Below are positions 11,501-25,900 of a stretch of DNA of 64,000 nt, piece after piece. Source of the DNA: Lingula anatina (Eukaryota > Animalia > Brachiopoda); assembly GCA_051362555.1 (NCBI GenBank), contig CM120641.1, positions 7,874,001 through 7,938,000 of the forward strand. Reading direction: 5' to 3'. Made by a program: the position numbers and the translations under genes. Positions within the stretch are counted from its first letter, which is position 1. Every line of letters starts with the position of its first letter. The notes under the pieces are model-generated. The model did no database searches, was not told where the DNA came from, and saw only the letters and a list, made by a program, of their open reading frames with translations.

Positions 11501-14500
11501 GAATTTAATCTGAGGAAATGTGAAAAAACAGCATTGCTTCTAAAATAATGGCCCGATTATGCTGATTTTCGAACTCAACCTGCGTTTTAGTAAGATTGAC
11601 CACTCCTGTGAGTTTAATGACAATTGGCCTATCTGTTTTTCTTATATTGTGTTTACAGTGTTGCATATATGCTGAAAAATGAAAAAACAGCATAACTACT
11701 AAAATAGTGGCCCGATCATGCCGATTTTCGAACTTGACCTGCATTTTAGTAAGATAGATTACTCCTGTGAGTTTCATGACAACAGGCCTATCGGTTTTCT
11801 TTGGAATGTGTTTACAGTGTTGCATATATGCTGAAAAGTGAAAAAAAAGCATAACTTCTACAAAAATGGCCCAATCATGCTGATTTTCGAACTTGACCTG
11901 CGTTTTATGAATATTCATCAGCTCTGTAAATATAAAGCCCAAAAGTAAAACTGCCTTCCACTTATCGTGTTTACAATGAAAGTGCACGGCACCGGCGACG
12001 GCGATGACGGCGACGACAGACGCAGGTGATGGCAATATGTACAGACACATCTATATATATATATATTTACTGTACTGTTTGAGAACAGTAAGTGACATGG
12101 TTTTTCTTAAATGGTCATCATGGGAGAAGTGCCCAAAATAGGTTTTTTTCAAATTTTGATGCAATATTACATTATGTTTAACAGCATAATGACCATCAAT
12201 TTTTAATAATAAAATATTAGTATCATGGATATTCAGAAAATGTGACTAGCAAAGGTCTTCAGGCCCATGGAACCTCTAAGTCACAACTTGAAAATGCCAA
12301 AATGTAAACAAGACGGCACTGTTCTGAAATGTTTTTTTTTTCCATTTTTAACAATTTTTAACATAAAACAAAATTAACAGTTTACTGCAATTTTTATATG
12401 ATCAACTAAGAAAATTGATGAGATGGGAAAAATATCAATAGAGCAGTGTTAAATGTCCAATTTCTTCCATTCTGAGATTCTGAACATAGTGAATGATTGA
12501 ATCTGACAAACTGCAATGATATGAGTTTATTTCCATTTTTGACACTTTATTACACAATACACGATAACAAGTTTACCATCATTTTTACAAAATCAACTAA
12601 CAATGTTGTAAAGATGCAGGAAATGTCAAACAAAAACTTTTACGTATCTTATTAGTTTAATAATGAGACTGTTAACATGCCTAAGAATTGAATCTGAGGA
12701 AATGTGAAAAATATGCTGAAAAGTGAAAAAACAGCATAACTTCTACAATAATGGCCCGATCATGCTGATTTTCGAACTTGACCTGCGTTTTATGAATATT
12801 CATCAGCTCTGTAAATATAAAGCCAAAAAGTAAAACTGCCTTCCACTTATCGTGTTTACAAGGAAAGTGCACGGCGACGGCATCGGCATCGGCATCGCCA
12901 TCGGCATCGGCATCGGCATCGGCATCGGCGACGACAGACGCAGGTGATGGCAATATGTACAGACACATCTGTGTCTGTACATAAAAAGTACAATAACAAG
13001 ACATACTAAAGTTACAACATCACTATTTAAACCCTTACCGGGGGTATGTGCAGGTGTGGACTTGGAGGAGCCAGATGTGCCCCAGGGGTCACTAGCTGCT
13101 GCTGCTGGGGGTGGAGCAGGAGAACCCCAGGGATCAGCCACAGGCTGTGGCTGTGATGGTGGTGGTTCTCCCCAGGGGCTACCCCCACGTTCTGCTGGCT
13201 TGGGAAGTTGTGGGATGGGCGTTCCCCATGGATCTACAGATTGCTTCTGGGGCTGTGGAGTGGTATGACCCATTATGTCCAAGAGACCTCCTTCCTGTAC
13301 CGGCTACAAAGTGTAAATTTCATTTGTTATTAATGATAAGAATATAAAAATCACATACACTAACCATGCCATGAGAAAAATGAATGTTTTAATAACGACA
13401 GTCTTAACGATAGTAATGAATTCACAAGAACTCTTCACATGAAAAAAATTAAACACAGTTGCAGTATGTTGTATTTCCAAGGATTAACAAAAACAATGAA
13501 GAGATAAATTACAGCATTAACTGCACATATAACATACTATAGCTAAGAAGCATGCAAAACTGGTTCAATAAGATGGGAAATGTGTAAACTTTGTAAACTG
13601 GGGAGAACTGTAAACTCTACAATCAAAGACAACATGTCAAACTAATAGCAATTTTTTCAATTTACGTCACATAAGAGGATCAAACTATCTTTTAATAACA
13701 TGATCACTAGAAGCATATGATATGCAGTTTCAACAAATGGTTGTGCATTTTTAAAATTGACAACTTAAAATGCAAACATGCAGAAAAACAATGAACAGGC
13801 TATCTTGGCATCATGCCGTCATGCTTAAAACACTGAAAACTGTGAAATGGAAACTGACATTAAAACAGCAATTTAAGTTTTCTGCTAAAGTCCAAACTAA
13901 CCATTCTATAGGTTAACAACTTTCAAATTGTATATATATCATAAAATCTCTTTTAAAACCATCCTTGTAAAAACCTATAATTAACTATCCCTTCAAAAAA
14001 AGTGATCATCCTGTGATTAAACCTAACCTTTCCAAGGTTTATTTCCACAAGGAACTGATAAAAAATTAAGATATTTAATCTGGTTTCTGTAACAATTATG
14101 GTGAAAATTGTGTGCTCTTTAAAAATAAAGGTAACAATATTCTGCTGTGGATGTGTTATATATATAAATCTGGGGAAGCTTTGGGAAGGGGGGTCAAGTG
14201 CTCCTGGTCTTAATAAAGAGTTTTTCATAGAGCTGAAGCAGTAGAAGTAATAATCTCTGAACTCTGTTCTGCATATTTTAACTTTTAAGTGCACATCTAT
14301 ATTACCAGATGTTATTTTAACAGCTTTAATTTCTAACGTATTAAATGTTGTTGTTTTTTTTCATTTATGTGTGAACTGCCAATGAGTTCTATTAGATGGG
14401 AAGTACATGGATTCTGGGAATGTCTTGACAATACTATTAATTACTTGGTGCAATTTCCTTTACTTAGCCTTCAGTAGCTTTTTATTGTGCAATAAAACAC

Positions 14501-17500
14501 TGCTGCATTGGCCATAATCAACAACACACACAAATATCAGTGAAAACAGAACAAACTGGGCATGCTGCTATATTACTATACACCACTGACCCCCATGTTT
14601 TTATATACAAGACAATTTACTTTCAACAAGGCAATGAGGACAGATCTCAAGGTAACAAGACAGCAGTTAGTAAGCACTGTGTGGGTGTGAACAAGAAAGA
14701 AATAAGCTTCTTCATAATGAAAAATACTCATCTTTAATCATAAATCAGTCAATTCAAAATTCAAAATAAATAATAGTAATAGTTTAATTTTAAAAGAATA
14801 AAGTGCTTTCACTTAGGTTGAAACAAAAAGGTAAAGCTTAATATAACTAAGGTCAGAACAACTTATGTAGAAGAAAATTATTTCCTAAGTCTGTTTGACA
14901 TACAAATAGATATCATTAATCTGATGCTCTCAAAGCCTTACTTTACTTTTAGGTTTTGTGTCTTGTAGTCTCCGCTTCTCCTGTAAAAAACAGGGTCTTT
15001 TTCTGTATGACTTTGGTCTCTTATTTTATGCCTAAAATGCCTGTTGACAGAAATGTTTCTAAAAGAAAACTACCCAGTATACGGATGAACTATCAATAAG
15101 AGATAACTCAAGAGAGACAAAAAGTAAAAATGTTGAAAGAAAATGGAATCTTGATTAATTTTAAGTAGAAGTAAAAATAGTCAAAACCTTTGAAAATAAT
15201 AATTCCTAAATGAAATACATTGCCTCTTACTCGTATGCAAAAATATGATGTAATTCTTATGCAGCATGCCTGTTTATAATCCATGTTCACATAAATGATG
15301 TTGTTCTGACAAATACATGCTAAGCCAAGTGTCAGGTTGTTCCTTCATGTGTACAGCTAAATTATTACTAAATGCCTCTACATTGGGGCAAAGTGTCTTT
15401 GACTGCATTCTAGAAGAGCTCAAAATATGGATTCTCAGCAGACTATAGGGCATATACACATCAGAATGTATAAGATTACTGAAAGATGGACTGATGTCAA
15501 AAGACGATCTGATTACAAAACCATCCCTTTAAGACTAAATACTGGTGAAACATTCTGGTCTTCTGGTACTGTCAATTTTAGGAGAATAAATTTTTAGTAC
15601 AAATCAGTCCTGTTGTGAACAGCCCTAAAATTTGTCAGCTATCCACCCTGGCATGTGTGTTGAAGTTTGAGCATGTCTAGAAATGATAAAACCTATGTAA
15701 GGAAAATTACCTGTAACATATGGCTGTAAAAGAAATATGAGGATAAAAATTTATGTAGCACATAAAAGTATGTACCTATATTGCACACAGTGACAACATC
15801 ACCCCACCCCTCCCAAGAGCAAACATTTTATACCTCTTCTTTTTGACTCTCCTCCATGGCCAACTGTAGCCGCACATCATCTCCACGCATCTTTCGCACC
15901 TCCTCATCGTGTTCTTCCTTGCTCATTGCCAGTGCCAGTTGGAGTTGCAGTTCTTCCTCTCCCACAGTACTGGGGCGTGCAGCCTCAATTTCTGTGGAAA
16001 GTCTGCTCTCATTGCTGGGAGATGAGGCAGCTAGAAAACAAGAAAATTTAACCATTTTATTGCATATCAAAACTTTTTTTTTCTAGGTGAATGTGATTGG
16101 GCCCATTAATGTTAAAAATCCTGAAGATTTACATTGTTTTTCCCTAGGTGAATGTGATTGTTACAGTACACATTACTGCAGAAATATTATCTTAATGACT
16201 TCAGTTGCTTTGTTGCTCATTTGAAAACATGACCTCATTAAGGATTATGGTAATCTTTCATATAGATAATCTTAATTGCCAGTATACCAAACATCAATCC
16301 CAAAAGAACTTACAATAAATTCCAATAATTGTAAACAAAAACACTGCTTTTGACACTGGGATTAGCTACAACATAAAAGAACTGAGATCAGTCATATATC
16401 CATGCTCCATGACTGAACTGTCTGCTTTCTGGGTGGCTTTCAGCTCTCTAACAATTATTTCAACTATAACCTTGGTTCCATGGTCTCCCTACCTCCAGTT
16501 GCACCCCCATAGGGATCCGAGTAGCCCCCAGCAGTGGTCTCAAGTTTGGGACTAGTTCCAGGACCTTTACCAAACTGAACCTGGATAAATACAGAAGAAA
16601 TGCATATCCATTACAATGCAGATAATGAATGATTCAATGCCTGTATCTGTGACTCATCATAATGGGATTCACGACATGACAATATTACTGCATTTCTTTC
16701 TAGATTATGTTTAATGCTTGCGGTTTTCACATTTTTGCTGGCTTAATTGATGCAGCCATAGCCAATTCTATGGGAATAGCTATTCATCAATTACCCAATA
16801 TGTGATCTTGTCAAGAAACATCAATCTCTACTTTTGATCACTGCTCATCATTTAACTAATTTCAAGTTACTCTAATATGTAAATGAAGTGATATTACTGC
16901 AACAGAACCAAGCTCTTACTAACAAATGTCAAGATATGAGGACATTTATCTTCAAGTGCTTAAAGTCAAAATTTCATTTCAAAAGACATATTCACAGAAG
17001 AAGTTAGCCAAACTGCATTATAGACAAAATGACATAGTCCGATTACAAAATATGGGATTTGAAAATTTGAATATGATAGGGTTCCATTGTGATCTGAACC
17101 ATCTGGTGAGCTGAACAAGTCTTTTTCTGGCCCAACTTTGTGCTGATCCAAACACATAAGAAGGCAATGTTTTAGTATAATCTTTTTAATATCTGTAAAT
17201 AAGGACATAAAAAGTTGTCTACTTATTCACCTGTTGTCCACCCTGACTTCCAATTCCTGACGGATTCTGAGCAAAACGCTCCTTAGCTTTTAATGCTTTG
17301 GCTCTTTCATTCTTCAGTCTTTCATCATCTTTTAATAAAGCCACAAGCTGCTTTGCTTTTTCACGCACATTCATTCCTTGATCCTTGTTGTCCTCTACAT
17401 ACTGAAAATCTTTCAGTGTTTGAATAGCAAATATATTTTCTTTACATTGTTGTGCCACTTTCTCACTCCCAGTCTTTATAATGTATTCCAAGAGAACTAA

Positions 17501-17725
17501 TGATTTGTAAACATGGCGCCAGTTTTTTCCATGATCGTTCAGTCTTTTCCACACCATCTGCATGATTTCTGTAAAGGCTACAACATTGTAAGTCAAGTCC
17601 GCAATTTCTCCCATCAAAGTGCTTGATGGTCCCCATGGGTCGTTAGAGGTTGCCTCCCGCACTTTGATCTGGGGATCTGAGAAGTTCTTCACCACATTTT
17701 TTATTGTTCTTCTGATTGGCGGCAT
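8529..17725 (-). CDS. EPN: Epsin (ENTH-domain endocytic adaptor), 8 coding exons, ~570 aa
   Basis: Exons (minus): 17725-17231, 16580-16493, 16030-15834, 14980-14942, 13303-13039, 9926-9684, 9219-9070, 8764-8529; all GT-AG, phases consistent, total 1713 nt. ENTH (KVREATSNDPWGPSSTLM...WKRLNDHGKNWRHVYK), two UIMs (EEELQLQLALAMSKEE, DDVRLQLAMEES), many DPW motifs, clathrin box LVNLD, NPF motifs, ends YNPFL*. Probable non-coding first exon with donor at ~19236. Confidence 0.96.
10263..12987 (-). mobile_element. Helentron-associated non-autonomous element (HINE/DINE-1-like), partially duplicated head-to-tail, with internal tandem arrays; fills most of an epsin intron
   Basis: 5' stem-loop atgtacagacac-atct-gtgtctgtacat (12955-12982) next to a T-run, GC-rich (GGCATC)n microsatellite (~12878-12928), ~159-bp repeats with ggtcaagttcgaaaatc (11563, 11722, 11881, 12766), ~400-bp repeats (10720, 11125, 12310), 3' subterminal inverted repeat (10285-10295) and terminal hairpin ggcagc-aaa-gctgtc (10268-10282). 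A second 5' end lies at ~12050. Confidence 0.7.
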
Positions 17726-18973
17726 TTTTATTCCTATGCTGTATTTTTTCACTGGACAGTCAGAGCAGCATCATAGGGCGCAATCTATATGTGAATAGAA
17801 ACAACACATTGTAATAAGTCTGGGAGTTCTGTGATTGTATAAAAAATACTCCCAACAGCATTTGGTTAATTGCAACTAATTGTCACTTAACATTTGAAAG
17901 AATTATGAGAAGGGATATAAAGGGGGAGCAGTAAAACACATGGGGAAGGTAAAACAACACAATGCACAAGTTTTTTTACAAGGATGAATTCAGTGATATA
18001 AGTTTGGATCCCATTGAGAATATCAAATAAAAGCAATCTATTATCACAATTAACTACAGCTTTACTCAAGGGAAAATCTTTTATCAAACTTTCTGAATTT
18101 TCCTAACAATTTTACTGGAATTAGTTATTTGGGGAAACATGGTAAATATATTTTTGACAGAATTCTTCTGAATCAACATTTTTATTATTATTAAAGCAAA
18201 GACACCAATTATGGGCCATTTAAAAACTAAACAGCCTGGGCAGATAAGTGAAACACAAAATATACCAGCCAGTGAATAATGCTCAGATGTATTGATCTTA
18301 GCTTTTTCATGGAATTTATTGGTGTGTGGATTGAAAGTTCCATTTTCATATATTTATTCACTAAGCCCAGACTATGACTAATTTCAAACAGTTAGGCCCT
18401 AACAGGTGCCAGAATAGGGTTTTGTCACACAATTCCCAGGAAAATTTCATTGAAATTTTAACCAATATGAATGTAGAGAAATGAGTTAACTACTATAATA
18501 AGCTGACAAAAGAAGTATGAAATATATTAACAAATATAAGGGCAAGCTGCAGCAGCTATTAATCATCTGACAAGTTGCTAAAGTGATTCTTGACTATGGT
18601 AAAGCAACTGTGAAGCATAATAAGAAAGTTAACACAAAATTCTATTAACTAATCACATTAGCCCAGAGGGATTTTGAACTGACAAAGGTCATACTTCTTA
18701 TTGTATTTATAGCTATCACTATTTCTAAACATCAGTTATGAAATAAGGATATCGTTAGACAGTAAATGACAACCATATACAAAGAACACCCTAACTATAT
18801 ATGTACAGTAAACCAAAATTAAATTGAAATATAAATATCAGTGATAGCATTACCACAAGTCAAAAATACACAAACTGACATTTCATTTTCAAAGTTTACC
18901 TTCAAAAACCTTTACCATACAATGAAACTGTGAAAAACTGTAACTGCATATTTATTAATAAAGGAGTGAAATA

Positions 18974-18976
<3 letters not shown>

Positions 18977-19024
<48 letters not shown>

Positions 19025-19058
19025 AGAGAGAGAGAGTTAGTTAGTTAGTTAGTTAGTT
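18977..19058. repeat. Compound microsatellite (TG)n(AG)n(TTAG)n in the first epsin intron
   Basis: Direct reading. Confidence 0.95.
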
Positions 19059-19235
19059 ACTGGCAAAATGAAATTGCACTGTCATTTTAAAAATAATTGC
19101 CAAGACCAGGAAATGTGACTGTGTCAAGATTATGCGAAGTTCATCGCTTCTCAATAAGTCTTTTTTCATACGTTTATCTGTTTCTGTTTACACTGGACCT
19201 ACATCTCATTAAAAGTTAATACTGGATATACTCAC

Positions 19236-19589
19236 CGGCGAAATGTATTGTATAACTTTTCTGTAAAATCTTGTAAAGCAGCAGAAATACTTATCGCCCT
19301 TGTTCAATATGGCGACTACAGATTTGCTTGAAAAAGAGGGGGTTTTAACAACAAACTTCCGCTTTGGTAAGAACTTTGCTTTACTTGCTGTCAGAGGATT
19401 CGAGACCAAGACACCCAGGTTCTGAATAAATTTCTGAATATAACGAACCCGAAAAAAAGAACAAAAATCGATGTAATTCATAAAAATTGTATGGAAATTT
19501 TAAGAAATCAAGGGGCATGTTGATAAACAGAACAGCTTAAAACACCCGGATGTTCAAAGGAACAGTAGCTTGTTTACACCCGAACACAG
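19236..19589. promoter_or_regulatory. Bidirectional promoter and non-coding first exons of epsin (-) and the membrane-protein gene (+)
   Basis: Divergent donors: cgccg|gtgagt (minus, exon edge 19236) and cacag|gtaaga (plus, exon edge 19589); local CpG retention; YY1-like aatatggcg (~19306) and ETS-like acttccg (~19355) and ccggatgt motifs. Confidence 0.6.
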
Positions 19590-20866
19590 GTAAGACATAA
19601 TTGCAATTAACATTGATAAAGCGTCGAATGCGGTGAAAAGTAATTGACATGCAGTGCTTAATAATTGCTGTAATGTAAGTTTTATTTGCTCTTAATAACT
19701 GCTTGTATTTGGATTGTAAAGATGTTATGGGATAATGTTTGGTTGACTATTGAGGGTGACAGTTTATGTTTCACACAATGTCGTGTATATTTCTATGGTG
19801 GTCATTGAAACTGAAAGCTTGACATATGCTTATTGTTGATTAAAAAGAAGTATCAAATTGTTTTTAAGTTTTGGTGGGTAATAAATATGCCAACTTAACT
19901 AGATCTTGCTCATTTGACCACAACCGGTAGCAATTGATTTGCACATGACATGTACATTGTATATGTCATTTACAGTTTTCCCTTTCCTGGTCACAAAATT
20001 TGGTCAAGTCATCACCTGGGGAATCCTATTAATTCTGCAGAAGGACACTGAAAATGTTGCATATTACAAAAAGGTCATATTTATTTTTCATCCTAATAGC
20101 CTGAAATTTTCGATCACTTTTAATAGAAACCAGGTAAATGTGGGTATACTCCAAAATTGTTTGGAAAAAATCAACATTTAGTTGTCATACCACTAGTGTA
20201 TTCCTCAATTTTGCATTTTCCCCAAAATTATCACCTTAAAATTTACATGGAGTCCCATTAATATCCATAGAAGAAATCATGATCTTTCAAATAATAAAAA
20301 AATTATCAATATAACTAATTGAAGAACAAAGAATTAAATAGTAGTATCATTTTTGCTGCAAAGTTTTGTCCAAATTTCTGTAGCTTAAGATAAGTTGACC
20401 CAGCACAGTTTTGTCTTTCATGTTATCTATGACTGTCCTGCATTAAATTGATAAATTTTGAGATAATCTGTAAAAAATTATAAATATTTAAATGTACCTT
20501 AATGACTTAATTTTCACAGACCTTTTTGGGACTTCTGACCATGACCCCCCCCCTCCCCAATTGGGCCTTTCCAGGCTTACTGACCAGGAAACGGTTAATC
20601 AAGGTTGGACATAAATGATATGTATTCTTTTCAGATATTAAATGAGTAAATTTGTCCTTTTCAGAACCAGTCCATAGAAAGACATACAAAGATAAATGTT
20701 GAACCATACACTTTGTTCAACTAGTGCCCACATCACACCAAAGGGCTAACATACAGAGGCAATAACAATTAAGATAGGGATTTAAAAAGGTGTTGTTCTG
20801 CAGAAGTGGACTTCTAAATCCATAGGATTTTATTTCTGCAGTGGTGAATACTGAGAGTATGTCAAC

Positions 20867-22893
20867 ATGGGGTATCCTGCAGAACTGCTGTCTTCCAGCA
20901 TTTTATTACTCTTTATATTTTATAATCCAACTGTGATAGGTAAATTTGATTTTGATTCAATCTGCTTATTCTGTTTAGGTATTAATATCAAGTGCTTTTT
21001 TGATGAGGTATTTTAGAAGTGTACATGTATGTTGAATATGGTATATAACCTTGTCAGATGTTCAATATTGATTGCTCTGATGGTAGTTTATTTTTGTCAG
21101 CTAAACACACCTTAATTACAAAGCTGTTAAGCTACTTTTTAAATTTATTGAAAATCAGTACATGCACAAACTTCACATGAACAAACAAATAAAGACATAT
21201 ATTAAAACATATGTAGAATATTGTGATAATTTATTGTGGTATGAAAGTTTTGATTGTTTTTATTTTGAAATATCTACGATAATTTTAAGTCTTTTGAAAA
21301 TTGGAATATGTGTCATTTTACCAATGTAAAAACATATTCTTAATTCTTGTTTAGGTAAAGTCTGTAATGTAAAATATGACTGTGGATGGAATAATGAATG
21401 TGTCAGCAACCAGTGCCAATGTATTCAGAACTTCCAAACAGCTTCAAATGGAAGAGATTGTACAGACCGTAAGTTAAGAGATTCACTGAATCCTGTATAA
21501 TGCTGTACATGTGCATTATATAGAAATTCAGGCTATGGTTAATGATTATAATCTTGAAGGCCTGCAGGTAATAATTTCTCAAAAGAAATTAGGATAAAAA
21601 ATTTGGTAGACTACAATTTGGGATGAGATTAACAGTAGTCAACAAAAATGAAATAGCAATTGGTATAAAAGCATTTGTCATTTTTTTACCTGAAACTGTC
21701 TGCTGAACTGTTGATTTAAGAGGACAACCATTTATTCAGATTTAAGGTCAATGTGTACACCTTATTGATTGCACAGCACTGGTAGATGGAGGACTTCAAG
21801 GCGGAGAGGGGGGATCTCTCCCTTCCCAAATCCCCCAATTCCCTACTTGTTTGGGAGGTGGAGGGGTCCTTTTTGAAAAGAAAGAGAGCAGGGAGGAAGG
21901 GGGTAGGGGCAAATACCAAGAAGATGGCTACTCACAATATCCTTGTTTGTTTGAAATTTTAAGGAATTGTCAAGAATAGAACACTTTATCATATATTTTC
22001 AAATTAGACTAGACAACATGAATGGTTCTTCAAATGGTCAATGGTATGTTTTGTTTTACTTTACAGCCTCTTGTGGTGATGCAAGGTGCATAGAATGTGA
22101 TACAAACCAGACGTGTAGAAGGTAAGACAAGCATTTTATCTATTGTCAACATGTATGTTAAATTTTTGTATTGAAAGAGTCAAGATTAAGGCTTCCCCCA
22201 AAGCGCCACCCAGTTGTCATTTGGACAGCCACTGGTATCAAAAGTTGGCTTATATTTCCAAAGACGGCTGGACGGCTTATAAATTTGTAGGAAATGCCGG
22301 GTTGGTTCATCAGAACAGTCTGTGGAGAGCCTAGTAAATTATCAAGAAGCATTTGATTTACCCAGCTCGTATACTGTGTCCTAGTTGAATAAAAATCCAT
22401 TGTAGTATGACCTGAATATTAATTAGATAAAAATCCCTCATACAAAAAGTACAGACTTCTACCACATTAGAAACCATAAGATATGTTGGCAGCTTTGTAG
22501 CAGTCAGACAACTGCTACAGTACTGCAACAACTAGACTGGTTAAAACTGGTTTGTTGTCAAGACAGCATAGTGCTTTTCAATCTAGTATAATTTATTTCA
22601 TCTCCTCAAAGACCATTTAAATTAGAAACTTGGGAACTTTTGGGAATGATAGATCTAGTAGGTGAAATGTTGTTTTTGCAAATATGTAACCCAAAACTTT
22701 GTAAGCTGTTTTACTTAATGGCTGTAGGACTATGTTATTCAAAGTTCAAAATAAAGTGCAGGAATTACTTCAATTGCATTGCTGATTTGTACCTGATCAA
22801 GAGTGATATTGATGTAAGGGAAATTTTTGTTTGAAATGTGCTAAAAATGGGAAATTTAAAAATGTCTGATTTAATTAAGTTAAAAAAAAAAGA

Positions 22894-22941
<48 letters not shown>

Positions 22942-25900
22942 CCAAAAAGAATATTTATTGTTATTAAAGTAAAATATTATAAACGTAACATAAGTAATAT
23001 TTATTATTTATAATATATATTATTAATTTTAGTAATTTTTATTTAATTTTTATATTTTTAAAATTTATCTCCCTCCCCTGCTTATGGCATATTTTGGGGA
23101 CTTGTTTGGGTTGGACTCCCCACAGATTGGTGACCAAATTTAAGATTCACATTATTGACTCCCTGCACCCCTAATCCTGGAGAAACCCTTGCTTAAGATA
23201 GCCAACAGACATTTTTTGACAGAAGCTTTGAATGTTGTACATTACCTGAAGTGTTAAAAATGTCCTGAACTTTTAACTTTAATTACCCTTTAACATCCAT
23301 GATAATTCAGCGACATATCACTGAGTGCTACTTCCTGGTACTGTGCTGGCACATAGAGGTTTTCACTGTTTGGAAATTGTATATCATCCCTGTGTTGATC
23401 AATTTAAAAAATCACTGTAGGGTAATGCAGTGCCAGAAAGAAACATTTTGGAGCTCAATTTGTAAACTTGCTGTAAAGCTAATTAATTAATGAGCCTAAA
23501 ATTTAGCTTGTTCAACATCACAAAGTGTTAAAAAATGCATTTTGTCAACCTACCTTGTTTTCAGAGTTGCCGCTTGTTAAACAACTTATCAATTTTGTCT
23601 GGCCAAAAAGGAAGTTTAACTTTCTTTTAGATGGGGCCCTTTTTGAAATCTTTGTATGACTGAATGCATTTATATTTGCAGTGTTGTATTTGGTCTATTT
23701 CAGATGTGTTGATTTCATAGTCAGGACTACTAGTCAGTGTATAGATTCTTGTCCATTAGATAGTCAAGTATTGTCACTAAGTGGGGATCAGCTGGGATAT
23801 ATATGTTCAGGTAAGTGAGGGTATAGTGTGTGTTCTTTTCTTCTTAATTGTGAAATTACTTTGAATAATATGTGTATAGATTTTCTTTTTCTTTTTGAAT
23901 AACTTGTTTTTATCTAATCACTACAACCGTCAATGGGCTGAAAGTCAATAATACAGTTTCTACAATAAAATTTTATTAAAATTTAGATATTATAATCTGT
24001 CAATCCATATTACATAATGATATTGTGTTAAATAGGGTACATTACTTGTTTTATACTTGTAAATGCTTTCAATGATATGAAGTATATATTTCTCCTTTTG
24101 AAGTTTTATCGATTTTGATTTTTGTTACGCTTGATGTTATTTGCCAGTTTTAAATCAATTTTTTATGTACTCATTTGCTGCATGCAGATTTCACAAATAT
24201 CTGGTTTTAGTCTATAAGTGGGTAAGGGATTGATGGTATATGCAGTATTTTCCCATTCTTTGAATGAGGCATGTTGAAATATCACAATAAGAAAAAATTG
24301 TCAGAATTCTTTATAATACTGGTATTCCCAAATGGAAAATTGATTCCTGGTATAAAAACACCTGGATATCAGGATCCACGCATTAAACTAAAAATCCCAT
24401 ATCCTGATTATATTTATATTCATTATTTATTTGAAAAAAAAAAAAAAAAACATATGATAAATGAAAGTATAATGATCGTTGCTCTCTAGTTTCCTGTGAA
24501 TTACGAGCCATGACAGATGCATGCATGAGTTTTGTCATAAATTATTCCATTAGTTCTGATGCAATTCTTCAGTTTGCTTTTTTAACACACATGAAATGCA
24601 TGTTTTGTTTTATCTGTTCTGTCCCCAGACACGGGAGCACGACAGGGCCAGGCTCTCCCGCAGCTGTATCTCATCATCATCATCATTGTATCTGTATGTG
24701 TTGTGCTTCTCTTGGTATTGGGGTTCTTATTTTATTGGAGGTCTCAGAGAACGGGGTGAGCATTACATTTATAGAATTGTATAATCAATACAGACTCATG
24801 AAAATGAATCTATCCAGGTAAATTTATGGATAACAGTGGTAAATTTTATAAACTCTGGATTTAAAGTTATAAAAGTACTGTGAGGTTTCAGTTTGGAACC
24901 ACACTCTAACACCTTGGCACTTTTATAACTTGTTTAGAGTTTACAGAATTTAACTGTATTAATTTATTTAATATCAATTCATTTGACACCTGAACACCAC
25001 TCCCAGTAGTCAATGTAAGCTAGGGTCATTTTCACAAAAGAAATTTAAACAATCTTTGCTCTACTTTGACCCAAGAATAACCGGTTGTGGTGTACTTAAA
25101 TGAAGTATTGCACTTGTCTTTTGGAATGAAAGAAAGGGTCAAAGTTTTGACCAATAATTATTTTATTTTAGTGGATTACCAGGACTTTATTTTGATTAAG
25201 AATTGAAGTAGCAGAAAAAAAATTGGTCTTAATTTCCAAACCAAATTTTGGTCTGAAGTTCTGTGTAAAACCATCCCATGGCTATGTAGACATAGTTGAA
25301 AGCATATGAACTAGTCCTTTAGTCCTTTATTCCATTTGAACCAGACCAAGGTGTGAAATTTATTGATGTTTAAATTACCTAGAAATATGTTTTAACAAAG
25401 AATACATGATATTCATAATTAGGAAACTCTTAAGCTTGAAAGGTTTACTACTCCAAGTCAATCCTTTGAAGCCTTTGAACAGACAACATATTATTTTTGT
25501 TAAAGAAATCTATTGATTACTTCATAATTCCTATTTATGTTGTGAAGTCAAACATAGATGTATAGAGGCTGCACAGTTTAGAAAGTATGTTGTATTTGAT
25601 TTTTCTTTGTATACATTATTGGCTGTTTTTATGATGCATGGAAGCCAGTATCATGGTAAAAAGGGAACTAATCCAATTTAGGGGTGGTTGACTGCCTTTG
25701 TTACACAATGTATTCTTCGATTTAATGCAGATTTAATGTTTTTAGAATTTTGGTTAGATATTGAGCAATATGACGGATTGGACAGTAAATATATATTAAA
25801 GTAGGGAAATTCACAATTTCTGTGCACTTATTGAGACAATTTTAAGATGCTGATGAAGGGTTTGTGGTCACTGACATATCTGTATCCTTAAAATTTTGAC

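Noticed and set aside
11505-13004. 181-aa and 107-aa minus-strand ORFs with internal repeats
   Set aside because: They are translations of the non-coding HINE-like tandem units and microsatellite.
25880-25892. GTATCCTT, the U12 donor consensus
   Set aside because: It is not at an exon boundary; all modelled introns are ordinary U2 GT-AG.
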